From the NCBI RefSeq assembly GCF_058153355.1, contig NZ_CM177019.1: DNA of 64,000 nucleotides; one strand, 5' to 3'. Made by a program: the position numbers and the translations under genes. The notes beneath the pieces are model-generated. The model did not search any database. It saw nothing but the letters and a program-made list of their open reading frames with translations, and had not been told where the DNA came from. Positions 8,260 to 18,435 of this stretch are shown here, one piece after another; position 1 is the first letter of the stretch; the number at the start of each line of letters is the position of its first letter.

Positions 8260-10398
8260 ATGACACCGCATGTGATGAAACGAGACGGCTGCAAAGTGCC
8301 GTTTAAATCAGAGCGCATCAAAGAAGCGATTCTGCGTGCAGCTAAAGCAGCGGAAGTCGATGATGCAGATTATTGCGCCACTGTTGCCGCGGTTGTCAGC
8401 GAGCAGATGCAGGGCCGCAGCCAGGTGGATATCAACGAGATCCAGACCGCCGTTGAAAACCAGCTTATGTCGGGTCCATACAAACAACTGGCTCGTGCTT
8501 ACATCGAGTACCGTCACGATCGCGACATTGAACGTGAAAAACGCGGTCGCCTGAATCAGGAGATCCGTGGTCTGGTCGAGCAGACCAACGCCTCGTTGCT
8601 CAACGAAAACGCCAACAAAGACAGCAAGGTGATTCCAACCCAGCGCGACCTGCTGGCCGGGATTGTGGCTAAACACTATGCACGTCAGCACCTGCTGCCG
8701 CGTGACGTGGTGCAGGCGCATGAGCGTGGCGATATTCACTATCACGATCTCGATTACTCGCCGTTCTTCCCGATGTTCAACTGCATGTTGATCGACCTGA
8801 AAGGTATGCTGACCCAAGGCTTTAAGATGGGTAACGCCGAGATTGAACCACCGAAGTCGATCTCTACGGCAACCGCGGTAACAGCGCAGATTATTGCTCA
8901 GGTCGCCAGTCATATTTATGGCGGCACCACCATTAACCGTATCGATGAAGTGCTGGCACCGTTTGTCACCGCCAGCTACAACAAACACCGCAAGACCGCA
9001 GAAGAGTGGAACATCCCGGACGCCGAAGGTTACGCTAACTCTCGTACCATCAAAGAGTGCTACGATGCCTTCCAGTCGCTGGAGTACGAAGTAAACACCC
9101 TGCACACCGCCAACGGTCAAACACCGTTTGTGACCTTTGGTTTTGGTCTGGGCACCAGCTGGGAGTCGCGCCTGATTCAGGAGTCTATCCTGCGTAACCG
9201 TATCGCGGGCCTCGGTAAAAACCGCAAAACTGCGGTGTTCCCGAAACTGGTGTTTGCGATTCGCGATGGCCTGAACCATAAAAAAGGCGATCCGAACTAC
9301 GACATCAAACAGCTGGCGCTGGAGTGCGCAAGCAAGCGCATGTATCCGGATATCCTGAACTACGATCAGGTAGTGAAAGTCACCGGTTCGTTTAAAACCC
9401 CGATGGGCTGCCGTAGCTTCCTCGGCGTGTGGGAAAATGAAAACGGCGAACAGATCCACGATGGTCGTAACAACCTCGGCGTGATCAGCCTGAACCTGCC
9501 GCGCATTGCTCTGGAAGCGAAAGGCGATGAAGCCACCTTCTGGAAGCTGCTGGATGAACGTCTGGTGCTGGCACGTAAGGCGCTGATGACCCGTATCGCT
9601 CGTCTCGAAGGCGTTAAAGCGCACGTGGCCCCGATCCTCTATATGGAAGGTGCTTGTGGCGTTCGTCTGAATGCTGACGACGACGTTTCTGAAATCTTCA
9701 AAAACGGTCGTGCGTCTATTTCGCTGGGTTACATCGGCATCCACGAAACCATTAACGCGCTGTTTGGCGGCGAGCATGTGTATGACAACGAGCAGCTGCG
9801 CGCGAAAGGTATCGCCATTGTTGAACGTCTGCGTCAGGCGGTGGATCAGTGGAAAGAAGAAACGGGTTACGGTTTTAGCCTTTACAGCACGCCAAGTGAA
9901 AACCTGTGCGACCGCTTCTGCCGTCTCGATACCGCGGAGTTTGGCGTGGTGCCGGGCGTGACTGATAAAGGTTACTACACCAACAGTTTCCACCTCGATG
10001 TCGAGAAGAAGGTGAACCCGTACGACAAGATCGACTTTGAAGCGCCTTACCCGCCGCTGGCGAACGGTGGCTTCATTTGCTACGGCGAATATCCAAACAT
10101 TCAGCACAACCTGAAGGCGCTGGAAGATGTCTGGGATTACAGCTATCAGCATGTACCGTATTACGGCACCAATACGCCGATTGATGAGTGTTACGAGTGT
10201 GGTTTTACCGGTGAGTTTGAGTGCACCAGTAAAGGCTTCACCTGCCCGAAATGCGGTAACCATGACGCCTCCCGTGTGTCGGTGACTCGCCGCGTGTGCG
10301 GATATTTAGGTAGCCCGGATGCGCGTCCGTTTAACGCTGGTAAGCAGGAAGAAGTTAAGCGCCGCGTTAAACATTTGGGAAATGGGCAGATCGGTTAA
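8260..10398 (+). CDS. nrdD: Anaerobic ribonucleoside-triphosphate reductase NrdD (class III RNR)
   Basis: 712-aa ORF; N-terminal ATP-cone, C-terminal glycyl-radical region and Cys-rich zinc ribbon (CYECGFTGEFECTSKGFTCPKCGN); RBS ggag upstream. Confidence 0.97.
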   Translation: MTPHVMKRDGCKVPFKSERIKEAILRAAKAAEVDDADYCATVAAVVSEQMQGRSQVDINEIQTAVENQLMSGPYKQLARAYIEYRHDRDIEREKRGRLNQEIRGLVEQTNASLLNENANKDSKVIPTQRDLLAGIVAKHYARQHLLPRDVVQAHERGDIHYHDLDYSPFFPMFNCMLIDLKGMLTQGFKMGNAEIEPPKSISTATAVTAQIIAQVASHIYGGTTINRIDEVLAPFVTASYNKHRKTAEEWNIPDAEGYANSRTIKECYDAFQSLEYEVNTLHTANGQTPFVTFGFGLGTSWESRLIQESILRNRIAGLGKNRKTAVFPKLVFAIRDGLNHKKGDPNYDIKQLALECASKRMYPDILNYDQVVKVTGSFKTPMGCRSFLGVWENENGEQIHDGRNNLGVISLNLPRIALEAKGDEATFWKLLDERLVLARKALMTRIARLEGVKAHVAPILYMEGACGVRLNADDDVSEIFKNGRASISLGYIGIHETINALFGGEHVYDNEQLRAKGIAIVERLRQAVDQWKEETGYGFSLYSTPSENLCDRFCRLDTAEFGVVPGVTDKGYYTNSFHLDVEKKVNPYDKIDFEAPYPPLANGGFICYGEYPNIQHNLKALEDVWDYSYQHVPYYGTNTPIDECYECGFTGEFECTSKGFTCPKCGNHDASRVSVTRRVCGYLGSPDARPFNAGKQEEVKRRVKHLGNGQIG

Positions 10399-10420
10399 TC
10401 TTCACTCTGCGCTAAGCAAA

Positions 10421-10510
<90 letters not shown>

Positions 10511-10532
10511 GACTGATAAGCCAGGCGAAATA

Positions 10533-10997
10533 ATGAATTATCATCAGTACTATCCTGTCGACATCGTCAACGGCCCCGGCACTCGCTGCACCCTGTTTGT
10601 CTCCGGGTGTGTTCATGAATGCCCCGGTTGCTATAACAAAAGCACCTGGCGGGTAAATTCCGGTCAGCCATTTACCAAAGCAATGGAAGACCAGATCATT
10701 AACGATCTGAATGACACCCGCATCAAACGCCAGGGTATTTCCCTCTCCGGCGGCGATCCGCTGCATCCGCAAAACGTGCCGGATATTCTAAAACTGGTAC
10801 AACGCATCCACGCCGAATGTCCGGGTAAAGACATCTGGGTGTGGACAGGCTATAAACTCGACGAACTCAACGCTGCGCAAATGCAGGTTGTTGATTTGAT
10901 TAACGTGCTGGTCGACGGCAAATTTATGCAGGATCTAAAAGACCCTTCCCTGATCTGGCGCGGCAGCAGCAATCAGGTGGTGCATCATTTGCGTTAG
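10533..10997 (+). CDS. nrdG: Anaerobic RNR activating enzyme NrdG (radical SAM)
   Basis: 154-aa product from ATG 10533 (MNYHQYYPVDIVNGPGTRCTLFVSGCVHECPGCYN...); radical-SAM Cys cluster. Confidence 0.95.
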   Translation: MNYHQYYPVDIVNGPGTRCTLFVSGCVHECPGCYNKSTWRVNSGQPFTKAMEDQIINDLNDTRIKRQGISLSGGDPLHPQNVPDILKLVQRIHAECPGKDIWVWTGYKLDELNAAQMQVVDLINVLVDGKFMQDLKDPSLIWRGSSNQVVHHLR

Positions 10998-11288
10998 TCA
11001 CTCATCCAGCCGTTTTGTCGCGTCTTCATAAACGGCTGAGTTCTCTCTCTTACCAATAGCTATCACCAACACGAGTAACTCTTTATCATTGACCTGATAG
11101 ACCAGGCGATATCCCAGTGTGCGAAGCTTAATTTTGTAGCAGTCCGGCAAATCCCGTAGTTTAGCCGATGGATTGCGCGGCCTTTTCAGCACATCCCCAA
11201 GCTTTTTTTTAAATTGTTCCCGGACTTTCACGCCCAGTTTTTGCCACTCCTTCAGCGCCCGCGGATCAAAAGCCAGTTCATAGTTCAT
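10998..11288 (-). CDS. RelE/StbE-family toxin (type II toxin-antitoxin mRNA interferase)
   Basis: 96-aa product MNYELAFDPRALKEWQKLG...YKIKLRTLGYRLVYQVNDKELLVLVIAIGKRE, typical RelE/ParE fold signature; ATG overlaps the stop of the upstream antitoxin gene by 11 nt. Confidence 0.8.
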   Translation of the reverse strand: MNYELAFDPRALKEWQKLGVKVREQFKKKLGDVLKRPRNPSAKLRDLPDCYKIKLRTLGYRLVYQVNDKELLVLVIAIGKRENSAVYEDATKRLDE

Positions 11289-11520
11289 CCAGTCGGACCT
11301 TAATGGCCTCCTGTGGGTTGGCCAGTCGTTCCCTGACAGTGCGTAACAAGGCTTCTTCACTATCACTGACAGTGAGCGTTTTTACCGGCATTCGTCCATT
11401 TTCCGCAACGTACTGAAACAGCAGCCGCACTGCTTCAGTAGGCGTGATATTTAATTTTTCCAGCACCGCATAAGCCTCATTTTTCAGTTTGTCATCCAGG
11501 CGGACGTTAAGTGTGGCCAT
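11278..11520 (-). CDS. RelB/DinJ-family antitoxin (ribbon-helix-helix)
   Basis: 80-aa product MATLNVRLDDKLKNEAYAVLEKLNITPTEAVRLLFQYV...; ribbon-helix-helix N-terminus; GGAGG RBS 8 nt upstream of the ATG. Confidence 0.8.
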   Translation of the reverse strand: MATLNVRLDDKLKNEAYAVLEKLNITPTEAVRLLFQYVAENGRMPVKTLTVSDSEEALLRTVRERLANPQEAIKVRLDEL

Positions 11521-11544
11521 TATGCCTCCGGTAATTATGAAAAG

Positions 11545-11575
11545 TGTAATGCATTATAGCATTACATATGCATTA
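11545..11575 (-). promoter_or_regulatory. Inverted and direct GCATTAC repeats; candidate operator of the toxin-antitoxin operon
   Basis: gtaatgcattatagcattac (palindrome GTAATGC-N6-GCATTAC) followed by atatgcattac, located 25-55 nt upstream of the antitoxin start codon. Confidence 0.45.
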
Positions 11576-11710
11576 CATTCATTTCTGGAAAACGCCTCGC
11601 AAAAATGAGGACGACACGCAGGAATATGCCGTAGTGAAGATAGATATTGCGGTGATTTTACGAAGGGGAAGAAAGCGTTGGGCGGTAACGTTTCACCGCC
11701 CAATAAGGAA

Positions 11711-12100
<390 letters not shown>

Positions 12101-12149
12101 TCACTTCCTTTTTCTTATTAAGATTTGGCGCGGCAGGTCGCGCCTTTTT

Positions 12150-13502
12150 TTACTGCCCGGCGATTTTCATCTCCGGCAACAGCACAGAACCACACTGTAT
12201 ATTGCTGCGTGTTTCAATATCGTTACCGACGGTGACAATATTGCGCCACATATCTTTTAAATTACCTGCGATGGTGATTTCGCTAACCGGATACTGAATT
12301 TCGCCATTCTCTACCCAGAAGCCTGCAGCACCACGGGAATAATCACCGGTAATGGCACTCACGCCCTGGCCCATCAGCTCCGTCACCACCAGCCCGGTGC
12401 CCATCTCTTTGAGCATTTGTTCGAAGCTTAGCCCTTGCCCGGCAATCCGCCAGTTGTGAATACCGCCCGCATGTCCGGTGCTTTTCAGCCCCAGTTTCCG
12501 CGCCGAATAGCTGGTCAGCAGCCACTGAGTCAGGATACCATCTTTGACGATATCGCGGCGCTCGGTGCGCACACCTTCGCTGTCGAATGGTGTAGATGCC
12601 AGTCCTTTCAGCAGATGCGGATGCTCTTCAATGGTCAGCCAATCCGGCAGAATTTGTTTACCCAGCGAATCCAGCAGGAAGGTGGATTTACGGTAAACCG
12701 ATCCACCCGCTATCGCCCCCACCAGATGGCCAAAAAGTCCGGTTGCCACTTCATTGGCAAAAATTACCGGCGCTTTCATGGTGGAAAGTTTACGCGGTGA
12801 CAGGCGCGATAAAGTACGGCGAGCACAGTCGGCCCCGACCCACTCTGGCGTCTGCAGATCGCTCATCGCGCGACCAATGGTGTAGGCGTAATCACGCTCC
12901 ATATCGCCATTTTCTTCGGCAATTACGCAGCTTGAGAGTGAATGACGCGTTGAGCAATAACCCTGCAACATGCCGTGGCTGTTGCCAAAAACTTTGACAC
13001 CGTAGTGGCTGTTAAAACTGCCGCCTTCGGTATTGGTGATGCGTTTATCCGCCTGTAATGCTGCCTGTTCTGCGCGAGCCGCCAGTTCAATAGCTTCATC
13101 CGGGGAAACTTCCGCAGGGTGAAACAAGTCGAGATCCGGCGCGTCAAAGGCCAGCAGCTCTTTGTCTGCCACGCCGGCACAGGGATCTGGCGAAGTGTAA
13201 CGAGCAATATCCAGCGCTGCCTGTACGGTGCGGGCAATGGCCTGCGGGCTTAAATCGGTAGACGATGCGCTACCTTTACGGTTCTGGTGATAAACAGTGA
13301 TCCCCAGCGCGCCATCGCTATTGAATTCGACATTCTCCACTTCGCCATATCGCGTGCTAACGCTAATGCCGGTGGTCTTGCTGACGGCAACTTCCGCACC
13401 GTCCGATTTGCCTGAGGCCAACTCCAGCGCAGTGGAAACTGCTTCTTCCAGAATCTTGCGCTGCGCTTCAACTTGAGAGATTACTTTCATTGCAAGTGCC
13501 AT
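12150..13502 (-). CDS. pmbA: Metalloprotease PmbA (TldE)
   Basis: 450-aa ORF, PmbA/TldD family sequence ([27 protein letters not shown]...). Confidence 0.95.
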   Translation of the reverse strand: MALAMKVISQVEAQRKILEEAVSTALELASGKSDGAEVAVSKTTGISVSTRYGEVENVEFNSDGALGITVYHQNRKGSASSTDLSPQAIARTVQAALDIARYTSPDPCAGVADKELLAFDAPDLDLFHPAEVSPDEAIELAARAEQAALQADKRITNTEGGSFNSHYGVKVFGNSHGMLQGYCSTRHSLSSCVIAEENGDMERDYAYTIGRAMSDLQTPEWVGADCARRTLSRLSPRKLSTMKAPVIFANEVATGLFGHLVGAIAGGSVYRKSTFLLDSLGKQILPDWLTIEEHPHLLKGLASTPFDSEGVRTERRDIVKDGILTQWLLTSYSARKLGLKSTGHAGGIHNWRIAGQGLSFEQMLKEMGTGLVVTELMGQGVSAITGDYSRGAAGFWVENGEIQYPVSEITIAGNLKDMWRNIVTVGNDIETRSNIQCGSVLLPEMKIAGQ

Positions 13503-13595
13503 AATGTAGAGAGTTTCTCTGAAGTCTAACAGAGAACCGTTTTTCAGTGCGCATCTTAACTGGTAACATTAGCCTCTTTTTTTAAGGAGCCTGAG

Positions 13596-14147
13596 ATGAC
13601 TAAGCAGCCCGAAGACTGGCTCGACGACGTTCCCGGTGATGACATCGAAGACGAAGACGATGAAATTATCTGGGTCAGTAAAAGTGAAATTAAACGCGAT
13701 GCCGAGGAGCTAAAACGCCTTGGCGCAGAAATTGTTGATCTGGGGAAAAACGCGCTGGATAAGATCCCGTTAGACGCGGATCTGCGCGCGGCTATTGAGC
13801 TCGCCCAGCGTATTAAGATGGAAGGTCGCCGCCGCCAGTTGCAGCTCATCGGTAAGATGCTGCGCCAGCGCGACGTAGAACCGATCCGTCAGGCGCTGGA
13901 TAAGCTGAAAAATCGCCACAACCAGCAGGTGGTGTTGTTCCATAAACTGGAAAACCTGCGCGATCGTCTGATCGACCAGGGTGATGACGCCATTGCTGAA
14001 GTATTAAATCTGTGGCCCGATGCCGATCGTCAGCAACTGCGTACTCTGATCCGCAACGCGAAGAAAGAGAAAGAAGGGAATAAGCCGCCGAAATCCGCGC
14101 GCCAGATTTTCCAGTATCTGCGTGAGTTAGCGGAAAACGAAGGGTAA
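13596..14147 (+). CDS. yjgA: Ribosome-associated protein YjgA (DarP, DUF615)
   Basis: 183-aa acidic/basic product [40 protein letters not shown]...; AAGGAG RBS. Confidence 0.93.
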
Positions 14148-14173
14148 TTTTCGTTGTTGATGTGAGTATGGTT

Positions 14174-14278
14174 TGCCGGATGCGGTGCACCTGTAGGCCT
14201 GATAAGACGCATCAAGCGTCGCATCAGGCACTATGCTCAAATGCCGGATGCGGCGTGAACGCCTTATCCGGCCTACAC
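14174..14278. repeat. REP/BIME cluster between yjgA and mpl
   Basis: tgccggatgcggtgcacctgtaggcctgataagacgcatcaagcgtcgcatcaggca...atgccggatgcggcgtgaacgccttatccggcctaca. Confidence 0.7.
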
Positions 14279-14302
14279 ACACTATATCAGGCTGAGGCCG
14301 AA

Positions 14303-15676
14303 TTACTGCGCGGCTTCCGCTTTTTTCGCCAGACCATCCAGCAGTTTCTGATGAATACCACCAAAACCGCCGTTGCTCATCACCAGAATATGGTCGCCAG
14401 GCTGAGCGGTTTTCACCACCATATCTGCCAGCGTATCCACATCGCCACTCCAGTGTGCAGGCTGAACGCAGGCTTCTGCCACTTCTGCGACCTGCCACGG
14501 AATATGCGCCGGTTGCAGCAGGAAGACTTCATCGGCACGACCTAATGAAGGTGCCAAATCGTCTTTGCAGATCCCCATTTTCATGGTGTTTGAGCGCGGT
14601 TCCAGCACGGCAATAATGCGCGCCGTACCGCCAACTTTGCCGCGCAGCGCAGCCAGCGTTGCCAGAATCGCCGTCGGGTGATGGGCAAAATCGTCATACA
14701 CCGTCACGCCATTTGCTTCTCCGCGCAACTCCAGACGACGACGAGCGTTAATAAACGAACCCAGCGCGTTAGCAGCATCTGCCGGCGCTACGCCAACATG
14801 ACGGGCCGCCGCAATCGCCATCAGGCCGTTGTGCATATTATGTTCGCCCACCAGCGACCATTTCACTTCGCCCACTTTTTCGCCATCCAGCAAGACTTCC
14901 CATTCGGAAGCGTCAGTGGTCAGCTTTTTCGCCTGCCAGTGCCCCTGCTCGCCCACCAGCTCCTGCTCGCTCCAGCAGCCCATCGCCATGGTCTGTTTCA
15001 GGTTGATGTCGTTTTCAGGCCAGATAATACGCCCCTGCCCCGGAACGATACGCACCAGATGGTGGAACTGTTTCTGGATCGCTTTCAGGTCGTCAAAGAT
15101 ATCGGCATGATCGAACTCAAGGTTGTTGAGGATCAGCGTACGCGGGCAGTAATGGACAAATTTAGAGCGTTTGTCGAAGAAGGCGCAGTCATACTCATCC
15201 GCTTCGATAACAAAGAAGTCGCTTTCGCCTAAACGTGCCGAAACGTCAAAGTTCCCCGGAACACCGCCGATCACAAAACCCGGTTTATAGCCACACTGTT
15301 CCAGAATCCAGGTCGCCATTCCCGCGGTGGTGGTTTTGCCGTGTGTACCGGCAACGGCCAATACCCAGCGGTCACGCAGCACAAAATCGTGCAGCCACTG
15401 CGGGCCAGACATATAAGGGATGTTTTTTTCCAGTACCGCTTCCACACACGGATTTCCACGGGTCATGGCGTTGCCAATAATCACCAGATCCGGCTGCGGG
15501 TCGAGCTGGCTGGCATCGTAACCCTGAATCAGTTCAATGCCTTGCTTCTCAAGTAAGGTGCTCATCGGCGGATACACATTGGCGTCCGAACCCGTTACTT
15601 CATGGCCTAACTGGCGCGCCAGCATCGCCAGACCGCCCATAAATGTGCCACAAATTCCTAAAATATGAATGCGCAT
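14303..15676 (-). CDS. mpl: UDP-N-acetylmuramate:L-alanyl-gamma-D-glutamyl-meso-diaminopimelate ligase Mpl
   Basis: 457-aa Mur-ligase family protein (MRIHILGICGTFMGGLAMLARQLGHEVTGSD...GTHGKTTT). Confidence 0.95.
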   Translation of the reverse strand: MRIHILGICGTFMGGLAMLARQLGHEVTGSDANVYPPMSTLLEKQGIELIQGYDASQLDPQPDLVIIGNAMTRGNPCVEAVLEKNIPYMSGPQWLHDFVLRDRWVLAVAGTHGKTTTAGMATWILEQCGYKPGFVIGGVPGNFDVSARLGESDFFVIEADEYDCAFFDKRSKFVHYCPRTLILNNLEFDHADIFDDLKAIQKQFHHLVRIVPGQGRIIWPENDINLKQTMAMGCWSEQELVGEQGHWQAKKLTTDASEWEVLLDGEKVGEVKWSLVGEHNMHNGLMAIAAARHVGVAPADAANALGSFINARRRLELRGEANGVTVYDDFAHHPTAILATLAALRGKVGGTARIIAVLEPRSNTMKMGICKDDLAPSLGRADEVFLLQPAHIPWQVAEVAEACVQPAHWSGDVDTLADMVVKTAQPGDHILVMSNGGFGGIHQKLLDGLAKKAEAAQ

Positions 15677-15851
15677 ACGTCACTATCCTTTTTTAATCTG
15701 CCGCTCATTTTACGCATATGTCGGGCAAGTGAGAAACGCATTTCAGGATAATCCGTAATTTGCTGGCGCGATTCACCTGAGCGCAACATTGAGATTATTT
15801 GTTAAGATTGTTGCGGTCGCTTTACTCCATAAACATTGCAGGGAAAGTTTT

Positions 15852-16850
15852 ATGAAAACGTTAGGTGAATTTATTGTCGAAAAGCAGCACGAGTTTTCTC
15901 ATGCTACCGGTGAGCTCACTGCTTTGCTGTCGGCAATAAAACTGGGCGCCAAGATTATCCATCGCGATATCAACAAAGCAGGACTGGTTGATATCCTGGG
16001 TGCCAGCGGTGCTGAGAACGTGCAGGGCGAGGTTCAGCAGAAACTCGACTTGTTCGCTAATGAAAAACTGAAAGCCGCACTGAAAGCACGCGATATCGTT
16101 GCGGGCATTGCCTCTGAAGAAGAAGATGAGATTGTCGTCTTTGAAGGCTGTGAACACGCAAAATACGTGGTGCTGATGGACCCACTGGATGGCTCGTCCA
16201 ACATCGATGTTAACGTCTCTGTCGGTACCATTTTCTCCATCTACCGCCGCGTTACGCCTGTTGGCACGCCGGTAACGGAAGAAGATTTCCTCCAGCCTGG
16301 TAACAAACAGGTTGCGGCAGGTTACGTGGTATACGGCTCCTCTACCATGTTGGTTTACACCACCGGATGCGGTGTTCACGCCTTTACTTACGATCCTTCG
16401 CTTGGCGTTTTCTGCTTGTGCCAGGAACGGATGCGCTTCCCGGAGAAAGGCAAAACCTACTCCATCAACGAAGGGAACTACATTAAGTTTCCAAACGGGG
16501 TGAAGAAGTACATTAAATTCTGCCAGGAAGAAGATAAGTCCACCAACCGTCCATATACCTCACGTTATATCGGTTCACTGGTCGCGGATTTCCACCGTAA
16601 CCTGCTGAAAGGTGGGATTTATCTCTACCCAAGCACCGCCAGCCACCCGGACGGCAAACTGCGTTTGCTGTATGAGTGCAACCCGATGGCATTCCTGGCG
16701 GAACAAGCGGGCGGTAAAGCGAGTGATGGCAAAGAGCGTATTCTGGATATCATCCCGGAAACTCTGCACCAGCGCCGTTCATTCTTTGTCGGCAACGACC
16801 ATATGGTTGAAGATGTCGAACGCTTTATCCGTGAGTTCCCGGACGCGTAA
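15852..16850 (+). CDS. fbp: Fructose-1,6-bisphosphatase class I
   Basis: 332-aa product from ATG 15852 ([32 protein letters not shown]...). Confidence 0.95.
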
Positions 16851-16887
16851 ATGAGTTAACGCCGGAGCAGTCCGGCGTTTTCAATTA

Positions 16888-17403
16888 TCAATTAACAAAG
16901 GTTAATTTGACTCGTTTAGATACGCAAAAATAGGGGATCCAGATTGCAAGATGGATGATACTTTTCAGAAGCTCCCATGCATCTGTCAATTCAAATGAGG
17001 CATTAAGAAAGTGCATTGTCCCCCAAATATCAGCCACAATGAATGCAAACAGTGACAGAAGAAGGGCAATATAATACTGTGGAAGCTGGCGTTTTTTGTT
17101 AAAAAACAAATAAGTAGTATAAATCAACAGCAGAAACAAAACGGCAAATCCGGCGGTTTCCAGATAAAGTGCCGTCCTGAGCGGTTCTTCGTAAATTACG
17201 TGAGTAAGCCCCCAAGTATGGATAATTGAATACGCGTTCGCAAGAATACCAAGCACTAAACCAATTGCCGGCAGAAATAGCCAGCCGCCAATCCCTGTAA
17301 GCTTTTTATCCGCACAACTTTTACAATAATCGTCAGGTGGTAAAACAGCCACACCACAGTTTTTACATGTTGTTTGTAATTCTTCGCCGTCCTTCACCCA
17401 CAT
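16888..17403 (-). CDS. Small membrane protein with an N-terminal CxxC...CxxC zinc ribbon and about four predicted TM helices (DUF2569-like)
   Basis: 171-aa ORF MWVKDGEELQTTCKNCGVAVLPPDDYCKSCADKKLTGIGGWLFLPAIGLVLGILA...; AAGGA RBS 7 nt upstream; visibly AT-rich relative to its neighbours. Confidence 0.7.
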   Translation of the reverse strand: MWVKDGEELQTTCKNCGVAVLPPDDYCKSCADKKLTGIGGWLFLPAIGLVLGILANAYSIIHTWGLTHVIYEEPLRTALYLETAGFAVLFLLLIYTTYLFFNKKRQLPQYYIALLLSLFAFIVADIWGTMHFLNASFELTDAWELLKSIIHLAIWIPYFCVSKRVKLTFVN

Positions 17404-17430
17404 AAAAATATCCTTATATATCAGTAAAAT

Positions 17431-18435
17431 TTATTCTTTTAGTCTAATTTCCGGACTCACTCTCATTACTGGCGAACTCTGGCGATTCTCCCACAGCACC
17501 GTTAATCCACGCTGTAAGGCAATAAAAATGAACAGCAAAATGCCGATGGCGATTTTCGTCCACCAGGAACTCAGCGTACCGTCAAAGTTGATATATGTCT
17601 GAATCAGTCCCTGAATCGCCACGCCAAAAAGCGTCCCAAGTACTGTTCCAACGCCACCGCTCAAAAGTGTACCGCCAATCACCACTGAGGCGATAGCGTC
17701 CAGTTCCACACCTACGCCCGCCAGCGCATATCCGGCTTGGGTATAAATCGAGAAAACAATCCCCGCCAGTGTTGCCAGCCCGGTGGAGAGCATATAAATG
17801 CGAATAGTGGTGCTGCGAGTGGAAATGCCCATCAGGTTCGCCGACGTCGCGTTGCCACCAATGGCGTATACCTGATTACCAAAACGGGTACGATGCGCGA
17901 GGAATATGCCGATAACCACCACCGCAAGCATCAGCAGCCCCATCGCACTTAAGCGACCGCCGCCAGGGATTTTCCATGCAAGGCTTGAGAGCGTGTCATA
18001 AACAGGATGATTTATCGGGATCGACTCTTCCGAAACTAGATAGCTGACGCCACGCAAAAAGAACATTCCTGCCAGAGTAATGATAAACGCCGGGATCTTC
18101 AGGGCGTCGATCAAAAGCCCCATAAATGCGCCAAAGGCACAGCCCATCACCAGCACCAGTGGAAACGCCAGCAGCGGCGAGAGGCCGAAATCGCCAATCA
18201 CTTTTGCCAGAAACACGCCGGTAAAGGCGATCACCGAACCGACGGAGAGATCGATCCCACCGGAGAGGATCACAAAGGTCATGCCAACGGCGATGATCCC
18301 CAGAAAAGCGTTATCGGTCAGGATATTGCAGATCACTCTTGTGGAAGCAAAACCGGGAAACTGCGTCAGACAGTAGAGATAACCCAGCACAAAGACGCCG
18401 ATGGTGATCATAAGCGGCAGGTTACGTTTTATCAC
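17431..18435 (-). CDS. yjfF: Galactofuranose ABC transporter permease YjfF
   Basis: Multi-pass ABC-2/monosaccharide permease; last gene of the ytfQRT-yjfF cluster; exact start uncertain. Confidence 0.9.
   Translation of the reverse strand: MIKRNLPLMITIGVFVLGYLYCLTQFPGFASTRVICNILTDNAFLGIIAVGMTFVILSGGIDLSVGSVIAFTGVFLAKVIGDFGLSPLLAFPLVLVMGCAFGAFMGLLIDALKIPAFIITLAGMFFLRGVSYLVSEESIPINHPVYDTLSSLAWKIPGGGRLSAMGLLMLAVVVIGIFLAHRTRFGNQVYAIGGNATSANLMGISTRSTTIRIYMLSTGLATLAGIVFSIYTQAGYALAGVGVELDAIASVVIGGTLLSGGVGTVLGTLFGVAIQGLIQTYINFDGTLSSWWTKIAIGILLFIFIALQRGLTVLWENRQSSPVMRVSPEIRLKE

Noticed and set aside
8308-10263. 651-aa ORF on the minus strand
   Set aside because: Fully antisense to nrdD, whose product has unmistakable class III RNR features; a shadow ORF in a GC-rich coding region.
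12127-12151. GC-rich hairpin (ggcgcg-N6-cgcgcc) with a plus-strand T-tract overlapping the pmbA stop codon, considered as a terminator
   Set aside because: The T-tract is on the plus strand, where no gene terminates; on the minus strand the hairpin lacks a U-tract. At most a weak or stabilising structure.
12343-13471. ORFs of 60-133 aa on both strands inside pmbA
   Set aside because: Overlap the well-supported pmbA reading frame; no independent support.
14678-15556. Plus-strand ORFs (184, 93, 81, 71 aa)
   Set aside because: Antisense within mpl; shadow ORFs.
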